DNA from: Podarcis erhardii
Lineage: Eukaryota
Strand: one strand, 5' to 3'
NCBI GenBank assembly: GCA_964252035.1
Contig: CAXUOO010000127.1
Length of the DNA: 64,000 nucleotides
The notes beneath the pieces were generated by a model. It was not told the origin of the DNA and ran no database searches. It saw only the letters and a list, made by a program, of their open reading frames with translations. The position numbers and the translations under genes are program-made. This document shows positions 28,701-39,290 of the stretch, one piece after another; the stretch's first letter is position 1; every line of letters begins with the position of its first letter.

Positions 28701-29228
28701 CTTGTACTCGATGATGCAGTGACAGCTTCTTTGCACAAACACTGCAACACTGTGGTCATACAGAGTTCTACTGGCGCGGAAAAATTCGTTGCTTCTTCGG
28801 TCGCAGGTAGTGCTGCCGCGTCTCTTGTGGACTGACAGACGCACTCCCTCACAATCTCCAGACACTCCAACGCAGCTGCAGCGTCGGCTGCGTCGCTGCG
28901 ACTCAAAATTTCAGCTGAAAAGCTGCTGCTGTTGCGAAATGAATCAATCGACTTTTTTTTGCTGCAGCCGCTCGTCTTCCACATGGTGCAGATGCGTTTC
29001 TTTTCGACCTGTTGTTGTCCCTAAAGTCTGTGCAAGTTTCCGTCGCAACAACTCCTCCACTGCGGGTAAGAAAATCTCTCCCGTTTCATTGCTGCTGGCT
29101 GCGGTTGTTTTGGGATCGTTACAAGCAGCCGTCGCAGCAGCATCCGAAACTCTGGATCGACCACGTTCCCGCTGTATCTTGTGTGCGACAGCGCCATTCT
29201 TTGTCTCGTCCCCCATATTTCTCTTCAA
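8622..29228 (-). CDS. RRP12: RRP12-like (NUC173/HEAT) ribosome biogenesis protein, ~16 exons, roughly 2,100-2,200 aa, interrupted by many 1-bp frameshifts
   Basis: Hand-built exons (minus): 29228-25209, 23857-23659, ~21960-21470, 21189-21055, 20885-20724, 19601-19488, 18884-18777, 16883-16796, 15194-15148, 12973-12872, 12209-12027, 11152-10973, 10566-10317, 9701-9625, 8987-8745, 8693-8622. Junctions are GT-AG and phases match from 21189 onward, except one extra base in 18884-18777. The 5' edge of exon 3 is unresolved. Motifs follow RRP12 order as recalled: [91 protein letters not shown], and C-terminal [28 protein letters not shown]. The start codon and last exon are tentative. Confidence 0.9.
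12274..12301. repeat. (TA)14 microsatellite in RRP12 intron
   Basis: Read directly; one of many (TA)n tracts between 12 and 25 kb. Confidence 0.95.
13940..13978. repeat. (AT)~19 microsatellite in RRP12 intron
   Basis: Read directly. Confidence 0.95.
14227..22129 (+). CDS. Candidate multi-exon gene nested antisense in RRP12 introns (hypothetical protein, partial model)
   Basis: Complex, stop-free islands with AG/GT borders and compatible phases lie between (TA)n tracts: 14227-14416, 14642-14709, 17295-17360, 17409-17447, 17527-17601, 17816-17855, 18096-18131, 18444-18540, 20236-20317, 20384-20459/20507, ~21985-22017, 22111-22129. No family was recognised, and short exons can be chained by chance. 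Confidence 0.42.
18281..18436. repeat. Diverged ~81-bp tandem duplication (intronic)
   Basis: cgtacctgtacacaatgtcgcaaagcgctacacgcatctatgaaa.. at 18281 and cgtatctgtacataatgtcgcaaagtgctatacgcatctatgaaa.. at 18362. Confidence 0.9.
25700..26790 (-). other. NUC173-like domain of RRP12, split over several reading frames
   Basis: Pieces [69 protein letters not shown] and [31 protein letters not shown] occur in the expected order but in different frames. Confidence 0.8.
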
Positions 29229-30530
29229 AAACTACGCGCGACCTCTGAAACCTGCAGCTGTTGTTTTTTATGCCAGCTTCCGTACCGTACACAAGACTGT
29301 ACATTAGCAAAAGATAAATGTACAGCAGCTCCAAGAAATACACTGCTGCTGGTGCATGCTTCTAGGTGTCAGAGAAAGGACAGAGGAAAGGTTTTTCAAG
29401 AGAAGTGAAAAACACTTGCTCATCGCGGATATTTGAACACAGACAGTGGAACAGAGAAGGCTGGAAAGATGAAGCTGGTTAAGCCGGGAAAATCAATTTC
29501 ATATAAAGAAAAAAGCAAGTATAGATAGAGACCAAATTAGGAATTGACCGGATGTGATGGTGAACTTTTAAACAACAATCTTTAATTGTGGGGTTATCAC
29601 TTTGGCGGAACAGCGTAGAGAAGAAAACCTTTCCGGGAAGACGTACGTCGCCATGCAAGTAGAGCACCTTTATAGGTTTTTACACATTACAAAAAGCAAA
29701 GCGTGCATGAATGGAAGAAAAAGATATAATCTTGTGGCATGGATTTTAATTAGCCAGCGTACATGCAGCACATGACAGTGCATGCCTCCATCGATTGTTT
29801 TCGCAAAGCGAAAAATCTACGTATATGAGGCAACAACTGTTATTACGTTCGAATGCTCCTACGCATTATGTATGCTGCTTTTTCGGCGTCTGTAAATTTT
29901 ATATAAGCGTGGTGTCATTCAAAGCTACACGTATCAGTGAACTTTCTAGGCCCTTCATATAGATATATCTATCTTAGTATCTAGTTATTCGATATGCATG
30001 TGTCTATTGGTTCACGATCAATATTCATATGCGGTTACGTTACAGTGTGTTTGCGGCGAATATGAGCGAACCCCAGAGATGACTGGTTCGAATAAAGCAA
30101 ATACGATTTTCTGAAGTGCTGCCAGCGAGTACGGACGTTCGGAAAACTCAGCGTGGTGGCGCTAGTCATGGAACTTAAAAATATACCCTACACTGCTGTG
30201 TAAAACCCAGTCTGAGTAGTTTTTCAAAAAGAATAATTCCTTGTTGGCTATATATACATTGAAAAAATGCTTTCCATGCATTGACTTTACCGTTGAAGAC
30301 CCCAACAAACTAGATTGCTACTCAACACAAACTGGTTTTGCACACATATGTGCTTGTAGCCTTTTGCAGTGTGTCTTCTGCAGCATGAGCTTCTCATGCA
30401 TGCTGGAGCTTATAACTAGTCTGATCTAACATCTCCTGCTAGTACATGTATGTGTAGGATTGCCTCTATACATTTGAAAACTTGTATTTCTATTCGCGAA
30501 ACTCCGAAGCATTATACGTTTAGGCCGCCA

Positions 30531-30600
30531 CCCCACAGCATTTCTGATTAAAGCTGCCAGACCCCAGCATTTTCCGTTAAAGCTGCAACACCCCAACAGT
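30531..30600. repeat. Short diverged ~29-bp tandem repeat (2-2.5 copies), intergenic
   Basis: ccccacagcatttctgattaaagctgccaga / ccccagcattttccgttaaagctgcaaca / ccccaacag. Confidence 0.7.
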
Positions 30601-31111
30601 CTACGTTCAAGTCTCTAGTGCATTAGGCTGCTGCTAAACACCTGAGGGTTTCGCGCACACTCGAGCTCACAACCTTTCACAATATCTTTTCTGTAGCGTC
30701 ATCTCATGCATGCTCACTATTGAAACTGTTTTGATCTGACACTTCCTTTATCACTTTTTATGTGTAGGAAGACTGGCAAAATACGTCAAGTGTATCTGCA
30801 TATTCATGCCCCCGCTCACAAATGTCACAGATCTCAACTTGTGTTTTTGCACACTTTTCCTCGCTATCAAAAAATTCCTACCAGCGTCTACGATACTCAT
30901 GTGGATGGAAATTTTTTTTGTCTGGTTAAACGGCCGTACAGTTTTAAAATATCTTTGGCTGTTCCCCTTTTGTATATAAAGAATTTTTCTGTAGTGTGGT
31001 AAGCCAACCATATATGGTGGATACAATTTGTCTGACCGCTTTTTATGTGATTATTGTTTCAGTTAGAGTTGACTATACATAGATGCATCTGTTGATACAT
31101 CAGGAAAAAAC

Positions 31112-31573
31112 TTGCACTTGAATGAGGAACGCTTATTGAGAATTCAGTGTGTCCACTTCTTTCAATATACATTTTGCAAGCATGTCGTTGAACCAACAGC
31201 ATTCCTGCACTTTTTCTGTTCTCGCTCTTCGTGAGATACGTAGCAGACCGGAAATATTTTCTTCACTGCCTCGATTGCATCGAAATTTGGACATATCATT
31301 CGTGTGCATCTTGTGAACAGCGCGTTTTAGCTAGTTAATTCTGCGCTGTAGTAGTAATGTACTTTCCGCTATAAACTCCGGCGATGCCTGCCAATTTTCA
31401 CCATTGCGAGGGATCACTACGAAGAAATTTCCAGCATTTGCTTGCAGGCTAACGTTCTCCAAAATACGAAGATGCGCGTAGCGTGAGTGTGAAGCCCGGT
31501 TCAGAACATCGCTTTCGAACCAACGCTTAAATTCGTTTTGCAAGAGTGAGAAGCTATTGAGCGAGCGAGCCAC
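31112..31573 (-). pseudogene. Possible decayed ORF (80 aa + TAG + 65 aa in one frame)
   Basis: The frame of ORF 31331-31573 stays open for 65 more codons past its TAG (LKRAVHKM..KEVDTLNSQ). Family not recognised. Confidence 0.25.
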
Positions 31574-32242
31574 GCGCCAATGCCATTACTCCGCTAAGTC
31601 GCATTGCTCATGAGGTGAAAAACTCTACCTCTGCATTGCGTATGTCGAGTTTGTTTGCATCAAGTGCAGGCTGGCTGACTGTCTGTTAGAGCACCCATGC
31701 ACACGCAAGGGAAGAGTGCGTATCTACGTGCCATTTATTTGCTTTTGAGTTTAATGCCCTACTGTTGTTCTTGTTTGCACTTTTTCTCACAAATTCAAGA
31801 AAACAGCGGACGGGCGCTTGCGAAGACCATGATTTTCGATGTAGGTGACGTCAAGGCCACGTACTGCCACAAAGTTGGTCTGACTACCTTAATTACGAAG
31901 CTTCTGGGTGTCTTGAGCTGTACCTTTGCAAACACAACATGAGTTTTGCTTCCTCGTTAGTTTAAGGCCAGCCAGGTCGTCATCGCAGGTTGTTCTAACC
32001 GTAGGTTTTTTGACCGCATATTTTTTTGAACCAGGGCGCTGAAGCTTAAGAATATCAATCAGTTTACGAGGCCAATTTGTTCATCAACGCAAGATTATCA
32101 AACCAGGCTGCTAAGATGTATGTTCTGCCTGTGCACATCGTCGAAGTAGTGCAACAGCAAGGGCCCGTATTTATAATAATTCCCTGGAATCATGTCAATT
32201 ATTTTATGCCGTATTTCTTGTTCTTCATTCGTTATGGCTTGA

Positions 32243-32319
32243 GTTTGGCGGAGTGTGGCCATCTCTACATATAGCTCCTTCGTTTGGCGGAGTGTGCCAT
32301 CTCTACATATAGCTCCTTC
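32243..32319. repeat. 39/38-bp tandem duplication
   Basis: gtttggcggagtgtg(g)ccatctctacatatagctccttc twice, differing by one G. Confidence 0.95.
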
Positions 32320-32933
32320 GGGATTTCGCTGCGCAGCATTACCTGTGCTGATTACTGGGGGTCAACTGTAGTGCAATGTAAGTACCCTGTCTGCAGCAAT
32401 AGACGTTAGAGGGCTACTGTCTGCGTTCAAGAAGTCGCTGTCAACTGCTTAGTTTACGAGGCGCAGCAGCAGATGCTAACTTTCTTTCGCGTCGCCGTTT
32501 GAATACGAAAACGATTGCAAACGTCCAAGAATAGCTGCAGAGGTGCAAACCCACCAGTAAATGTAAAAGCAGCTATGGCTGACAATACAATTGTTTTGAG
32601 AATCTTTTTGTTTAGTACAATATATGTAAATTCTTTTGTGTCAGGTATGCGCTGATACGCTTGAAACGCTAAATAATCTAGGTCTAAGCTGGCCTACACA
32701 AATATATCTGTTCATTGACGGTATATGGCTATGCACAAAAATGAACTAGTTTACTCACTGGTTCTTTCACTGAAAACAGGTGTGCGCTGTAGTTCATATG
32801 CTGACAACACCGCAGTATCTGGAGCGTCACATGCAGCACTGATAGCATATAGGAAGAGCTAAAAACAAACGGCGATTTCAACTTTGGCTGACCTTGGTCT
32901 ACTTGGACTACGTGCAATTCTGCTGATTAAGGA

Positions 32934-33976
32934 TTATTGGACCAGTAGATCTATTGGCTTCTGGTTCGTCTTCAGTTGTAAATTGAAGACGTACCCTAAG
33001 GCCACGTCACGCAGTTTTTCATCGCAGAGTTTCTTATAACCAGCTTCTTCGTATTCGAAGTCCACATTATATAGTTCATCCTGACCTGAAGTCCACGTGT
33101 TCGTTTCATAGAATTTGCAGAGCCGATCACTCTTATGCTACCACTGTCACTGCTGCTACTGCCATTGCTGCAAACAAGGAGCCTATGCTGCCACTGAGCT
33201 GCTTCCGAGCTTTCGTTTCTGTTGCTGCGCTGCCAGGTGCTGCTTTCGCTGCCGTTGCTGCTGCGGCTTCGTCAGCTCAGAATGTGGCAGTCAAGAGGTC
33301 CGCTTACATATGGTACTCCACGGACTTGTTAGGCATTGCCCTTAGATCCTTGACGGAGCGCCACAGTTTGTGCGCTGACTTTAACACCATCCTCCACAGA
33401 AACGTTAAAAGCGTCTGCTGGCACCAGGGATTCGTCTGTTGAGTTTCTACGACGCAGGTTTCGTTTTGCATCGTCCACCTTTTCCACAAGTCCGCTGGCA
33501 ACACTGCTACGTGCTCCCTTACCAAACTTATCTATCGAATCAAGGCGGTCTTCTCCCGCCTTGCTGAGCTCTTCCAGATTGGAAGTATTCAATTTTTTCA
33601 CGAAATGAACTGGTGCTTCTAAATGACTTCCAGTTGATGCGGCAGACAGTATTCCGTTATCTGAATCTCGTTTCTCATGACTCCGTTCGTTATATAGCTT
33701 GTAAGGGGCTTCTTTGCGCTTGTGCTGATATCGATAAGTCAGCCGTCTCTTCCTTTGGCTGCGCTGGTAGCGTTGATATATGGCTACCAATATTATCGTT
33801 AGCAGCACTAAAGGCGGTATGGCAAACAGCACAAGTTCGTTCAGACCCCCTCTGGAAGATGATTTCTGCTTGAAGTAGAAACAGCCATCAGACCACACAC
33901 GAGCCTTCAGTTTGATTAGAGAGACTGACGTGGTTGACCGTATGAATATACTTACGATTGCACGTACTCAATATTA

Positions 33977-34020
<44 letters not shown>

Positions 34021-36060
34021 TGAGTAAGCAATACCCATACTTGTCCAAATGAACTTCTGCAAAGAGAGAATTGTGTTTTTTGTATTGTGATATTCACTCG
34101 CAGTCACTACGTCTCTACCTTCCTTCAAGCCAAGTAAGCATACAATATGCAACCATTGTCTATAGCATTACTGTACTCTGTTACAAGAAAAGCGGCAGAA
34201 GATTGCAACGTGGATGAGTTCGAGTCCACTCAATGAGCGTTTGATCTTTTGCACTAGGCGTATCAAAAAACAAAGTCTCTTTCTGAAAGAGCTCTGGCGA
34301 ATGATATTCTACAAAATGTTGTAGTAAAGAGCGTTAGGTAGCATTAACAAACTTGCCCGACGCAGACGATGTCGCAGCCAGTGCAAATTTTCAAAGAAGT
34401 AAATTAGCTGAAAGAGGTTTAAGATTCGTAGCTGTCTCGCTGGCGACCCTTCCGACAGTGACTATAGATAATATGGCTGCACTGCTTTATTACAACTTCT
34501 CTAACCGTATCTAGCTCGCCGTCCTTGAACACTAGCGCGTTGTCACTATGCAGTATCGGCTTTGCAAGTCGAGCTGTGAAGCTGTTGATTCGTACATCTA
34601 TACAAGTCAACAAGTGAAACTGTAAAGTCATATATTTATTGGTGGAATTTTGTGGGTAGCGCTTATTCCAGGGCTTCCATGTGTACAGGTACATAATGAC
34701 TGTGACTGGTTGTACTCGCTGAGGCAAATTGAGGTCACGTACTCAGAGTTATCCATGATTTTTGTCCTGTGCTGCGTCGCCAATGGTCGCTGGTTTGGTC
34801 TGTAGTCCAGCAGTAGCTAGCAAGTCCTAACGGTGTGAACTATTTTAGGTCGCAGGTGACTGGTTAAAATCTTTACCACATGCAGTTACATAGCTCCATC
34901 TCTCATGTCTCTCCAAGGGCGTATCATGTTTCAGGCGGCCCACTTCCCTGTCAAAACTATCTTTCTTACTAGCTGCTGCACCGCAAACAATTTTACGCTC
35001 CCCACTCTCTCTAGTAAACAAAGGCAGGAGGAGTCCAAGAGTGAGTATAACACAAGACGTCGCTAAACGGCCACATATTGCACTTGCGTTCCATCGAGCC
35101 TTCAATGCATGCTGTTCAGCGACAAAAATCCAGTATGCGAATTGTATTCTATAGTCTTACCGGCGCAAGGTGCTGGGTGTACAATTTGTATTGATAAGGG
35201 AGAGTGTAGAACGCGGGTCGGTTTCTTTCTCGATAAGATTGCTGCAGTGCACTATCTGAAGTGTTTGACTTGTAATTGTATGTAGCGTCTTCATACTCCT
35301 CATCGAAAGATACTTCTGTGGGCAAATTGCCAGAGGTTTCACCAATCGATCCCCGATGTTGCGTCGATAACTGTTCCGATGCGCTGGAGTCTTCTTGTGG
35401 CTCACATTTAAACGCCATCTGCTGCTGATTGAAGAGCTGTGTCTGGAATCCTACTGGATCATCGATGCCAAGTTCTTCTACACTATGTTGATTAGGAAAG
35501 CCTCGGAAATCTCGAGCGAATTCGCTATTGTCGTACTCGTCATCAGACCTGATAGACGAAGAATAACCTCGTATGATATTGTTGCTTTTGTATGTACCCC
35601 GCTGGCTTGCGGGTGAAGCAATTAAGCTGTCACCCAGCATGTCGAACTTCCACGACCTGCTTGCTGCGCTGCTCAATGTGGACACTCCCCCTGACAAATC
35701 CAGAACACTTTTCCGCCCTCCTCGATCACTTTCGAGAAAATCGTCGTCTTCCCACATTGGCACAGTAGCATTTCTGCTTCTGAGTGGTTCGCGCCATATA
35801 GGTTGTTTCACTCCTAAGGGAGAAGCGTAGTCATCATCGGGATAGTACACGAGATCATGAACAGGGTATCTATCATACACACCGAGCCTGTCCATAAACT
35901 GATTTAAAGAGTAACTATACGCCGCAGGCCCCTTTGTTAAAGAGCCGCAGGCTCTTCTTCCCGCAAGCCTCTTTGTTGAAGAGCCGCAAGCTCTTCGCTT
36001 TTTAAGCTTCTCGTCCATCCAGAGTACGGGAAAGGCATACTGAAAAACAGACCTGTGCAA
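32934..36060 (-). CDS. Hypothetical two-transmembrane protein (low-complexity N-terminus, TM, Cys/Trp-containing loop, TM, acidic Tyr-rich tail); 5' end unresolved
   Basis: The 303-aa ORF splices at CCG|gtaaga (intron 35160-35112, 49 nt) in frame into ORF 34845-35105 (hydrophobic CVILTLGLLLPLF). A 50-nt intron 34876-34827 leads to exon 34826-34743. A probable exon at ~34620-34443 has unresolved phase. The 189-aa ORF carries TM LVLFAIPPLVLLTIILVAIY. Intron 33307-33168 (gtaagc..tttgcag) leads to a last exon ending at TAA 32934-32936. The model needs 1-bp corrections at ~33361 and ~33110. Confidence 0.6.
33980..34013. repeat. (AT)17 microsatellite (intron of the two-TM gene)
   Basis: Read directly. 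Confidence 0.95.
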
Positions 36061-37431
36061 CAGCGCTAGAAACTAGAGGAGGATTTAATGGCGGCGGTGA
36101 ACACCTACATCCACAACTGATACTATGTGCAGTCAATGTGCTGTTCGATTGTCCAATGTATTTTTTGCAAGGTGAATCTGTCGAGCTTTGCAGCGTCTGC
36201 TGTAGAATGTTTTTGTTTTCGACGCACAAATGGACTATCCAGATGTTTGTAGTCTTCGTTAGTTGCGAGGGTTGGACCGGAACAAACTTAATAACTTCAC
36301 CGTACAATGATATCGGCGGTGGATTTGCCCGCTGTGTGGCAAGGTATTGTGAAGCCACGGTCTTTGCGAAGTCACTGTCACAGTTGGAAGGAGGCAATAT
36401 GGCGGATACTCAAGAAGAGACCTTTCTATATATCCATATATATATATATACATGGAGAAGTTTGTCTGCCCTGCTACATGATATAGTCTCTGATGACGAC
36501 GTCTTCAAAGTCCACTCGTTCTTGGTATGCTACATGGTCGACAGAAGCTGCACCATTATATGAAGACCGAGGAGAAATACTTGTAGTGCAAGGAAGTTTT
36601 TTGTGAATCCAGGGTGGTGTGCTCAAGTGAGTTACATTCTAGCGGCGTCCTCAACGGGTTGATACTCTACAGAGATTGATGGCGTCAATAGATAATGCTG
36701 TACGGCATTCTAAGGAACACCTTTGCTTAATTTTAGCCTGCTTGAGTGTTGCTCGCAACTGCGGAACCACAATAGGGACTAATCGCAGCTAGTAATGATG
36801 CGCAGTTATGGCGGAGACAAACGTCCAATGCCAGAAATTCGTAACTGAGCAGCTGCATGTTGGTATTGAGTGCATATTGGGTACAGTTTCGTAAGTAAAA
36901 AACAGAAACTTGTGCGTAATTGTAATTTCTGCAACGACGACAAGCGTGCCTTCGAAATTTTATGCATTATATCAAAAGCCAATCATGCATGGTATCGAGA
37001 GGTACCGTGAAAGTCATTTTTCATCAGCAGGCGCACGTCTTCAAATCTTCAGTTGAAGTCAGCAACGGACAGGTTCTGCTTCTTTCTGGCCTGCTTTTGA
37101 ACTCTCTCAACTCAGTGCACGCCCGTTCGTGCTGTCCAAGGCAAAGGTAAAAAGTCACCATTGATTCTTTATTTGTCATTCTCCTTAACCGGACTGGTTG
37201 AAAACTGGCGAAAAAGTCATATATTTTTGGTTTCGAAGGTTGCATGAGGGCGGAGAGATCGGAAACTTGCTCAACAGTAAAGTAGCTCGTCCATTGTTAC
37301 GGCTTTGAAATGGCAAGACAACCTTTATATCGGCGACGCTTCTCCCTTCCGAAACAGACACATTTGACGCTTTCCCCTTCTCAACTTGACGACTTGAATC
37401 GCGGCAGCAATAACACTGCTTGCTCATACTT

Positions 37432-37675
37432 CAGTGAGAATGTCTGGCTCATCAAGCCATTTGAATAGCTTGGTGTCAGATCTAGAGCTTCCGCTGAATA
37501 CTACGTGAGATACACCAGATGCCATTTCCTGAGCCGCGGTTAAAAGTATCTCCTCTCCAGTGAGAACGTCGGGCTCATCAAGCCATTTGAATAGCTTGAT
37601 GCCAGATCTGGAGCTTTCGCTGAATACTATTTGAGATAGACCAGATTCCATTTCCTGAACCGAGGTTCAAAGTAT
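37432..37675 (-). repeat. Diverged 126-bp (42-codon) tandem duplication within a pseudogene-like stretch
   Basis: Period 126. The minus strand reads QEMESGLSQIVFSESSRSGIKLFKWLDEPDVLT and QEMASGVSHVVFSGSSRSDTKLFKWLDEPDILT in the same frame. Confidence 0.92.
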
Positions 37676-39006
37676 TGCCTTTTCACATTATATCATCTGC
37701 ATCGGCATACAGCAAAATAGAAATTATATTTACTACAAAGTTTGTTGCGGCATGGTATGGAAAGCGGTCGTCTGAACTTAGTGACTGCATCGGCTCGTTA
37801 CACTGTATATATCGAAAAAAGGGAAACCCTGTTTAGAAAACAGCATCCAAAGACTTCCAAAAAAAAACCCAACTTTCATGCAAGTGGGTGCTGCAGTGCG
37901 GTAAGGTGGCATGAAATGGATTCCTTCACCAAAAGCTTAGTTTTTGTAAGACCATTGGAGATGCTTTTCGAATATGTCGCTTCGCTAGGTTGATTCACTC
38001 TGTTCTGCCTCCCTTCGCCCACGTACAGCTCCAAAAAGGATTCCGTATTGTGCCAACTTGCCCAACCCTGATAGGTTATTTTATGTTCCTTTATGAGGTG
38101 CCTCAAATATATCGTTCAGAAAACTCTGCTTTGGTCGAGGTGAGCGGCGAGCATTCCTAAAAAGAGCAGCATCGTTGGTTCGAAAGCTGTAATAGCAATG
38201 CTTTTTGTGCAGTGGCTCAGCATCTCCGCTCAGTTTGAAATGGGATCGGTGGTGGCGGTGCAGAAGGGGTTGTTGCTGATAGCAGTTCGGTGTAACCTAT
38301 TACGTCGCAGACGATTTTTGGATCTAAGAGTTTACTAAAGCATTAAACTAGATTGGATGGGAATCGCCCAACGACAAATAGTAAACGGATTGTATTGCTC
38401 TGGCGAATCATACACAATTTATTCCAGGTTTCTCGTGCAACGGAATGTTGCAATTCTGTCCTAATCTACGTGGATTTACGGAACTGGGAAAAACATATTC
38501 TCTAAGCTCTTGCATTGAAGGCCTGCTCTCTTTCTATGTGGCGTACGGCAGCACTTTTGACGTAATTTTTTCTTTTGGCTCGTATCAATAATGTGCTGAG
38601 AAGGATTTTGGCCTCCAAACAGCACCGTCTTCTATAAGTTGTCCAACCTACCGAAATGGTAACATCGTGGCAGCATCCACTTGTCAGGACGCGTAATGCC
38701 GCATGGAGTCATACCAGTCAAGCGTTATCGTGTGAGAAAGTAAAGCTGCTTCTATGGAGTATTCATGCAATGTCATCCAGAGGATTACCTGCTAAAATCC
38801 ACTCCCAGTATAAAAGACTGCTGCATGAATCTGAAGTTCAGCTCAAAGTTCGAATTCCAACAAGAAAAGTGAGCTTTATAGTGATGGTTAGGTCCTTAGA
38901 TTAAGCGAGGGGCAAAGCTGCCACCTCCTCAAAATACAGGAGTACCTGGGTGCTCAATGGAAATGTTGAACATTCAGAGTAAAGACTTGTTGATTAGATG
39001 AAAACG

Positions 39007-39290
39007 TATGCTATTTACATACGTCATGATGTCTGCGAAGCAGTGCGAACGTATTACGCCAGCTTCGCAGCTGGTGCTAGAATACGGAATTGCCTTTGGT
39101 GCGTGCATAATTAGCTGGATGATAGCTGCGCTGGATGTTCAGTGAGAATCAGGTAGGGGTATGCTATTTACGTACGTCATGAAATCTGCGAAGAACAGCG
39201 CATGTATTCTGCCAGCTTTGCAGCTGAGCCTGAATGTAATTGCTTTCCGTTCGCACATAACGACGGTGGCTAATAGCTGCGCTTGATGTT
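39007..39290. repeat. Strongly diverged 153-bp tandem duplication
   Basis: tatgctatttac(a/g)tacgtcatga..tctgcgaag..gccagctt(c/t)gcagctg..atagctgcgct(g/t)gatgtt starting at 39007 and 39160. Confidence 0.8.

Noticed and set aside
25143-29343. Dozens of 60-190-aa ORFs on both strands overlapping RRP12 exon 1
   Set aside because: They are alternate frames or antisense shadows of CAG-rich coding sequence, which is stop-poor in several frames. Those matching RRP12 motifs were absorbed into the RRP12 model.
35934-35998. GAAGAGC..GCTCTTC hairpin and 39-bp duplication
   Set aside because: Short 7-bp stem inside coding sequence (RRACGS x2); no terminator or ncRNA context.
37821-37830. AAACCCT telomere-like heptamer
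   Set aside because: Single occurrence with no array; expected by chance.
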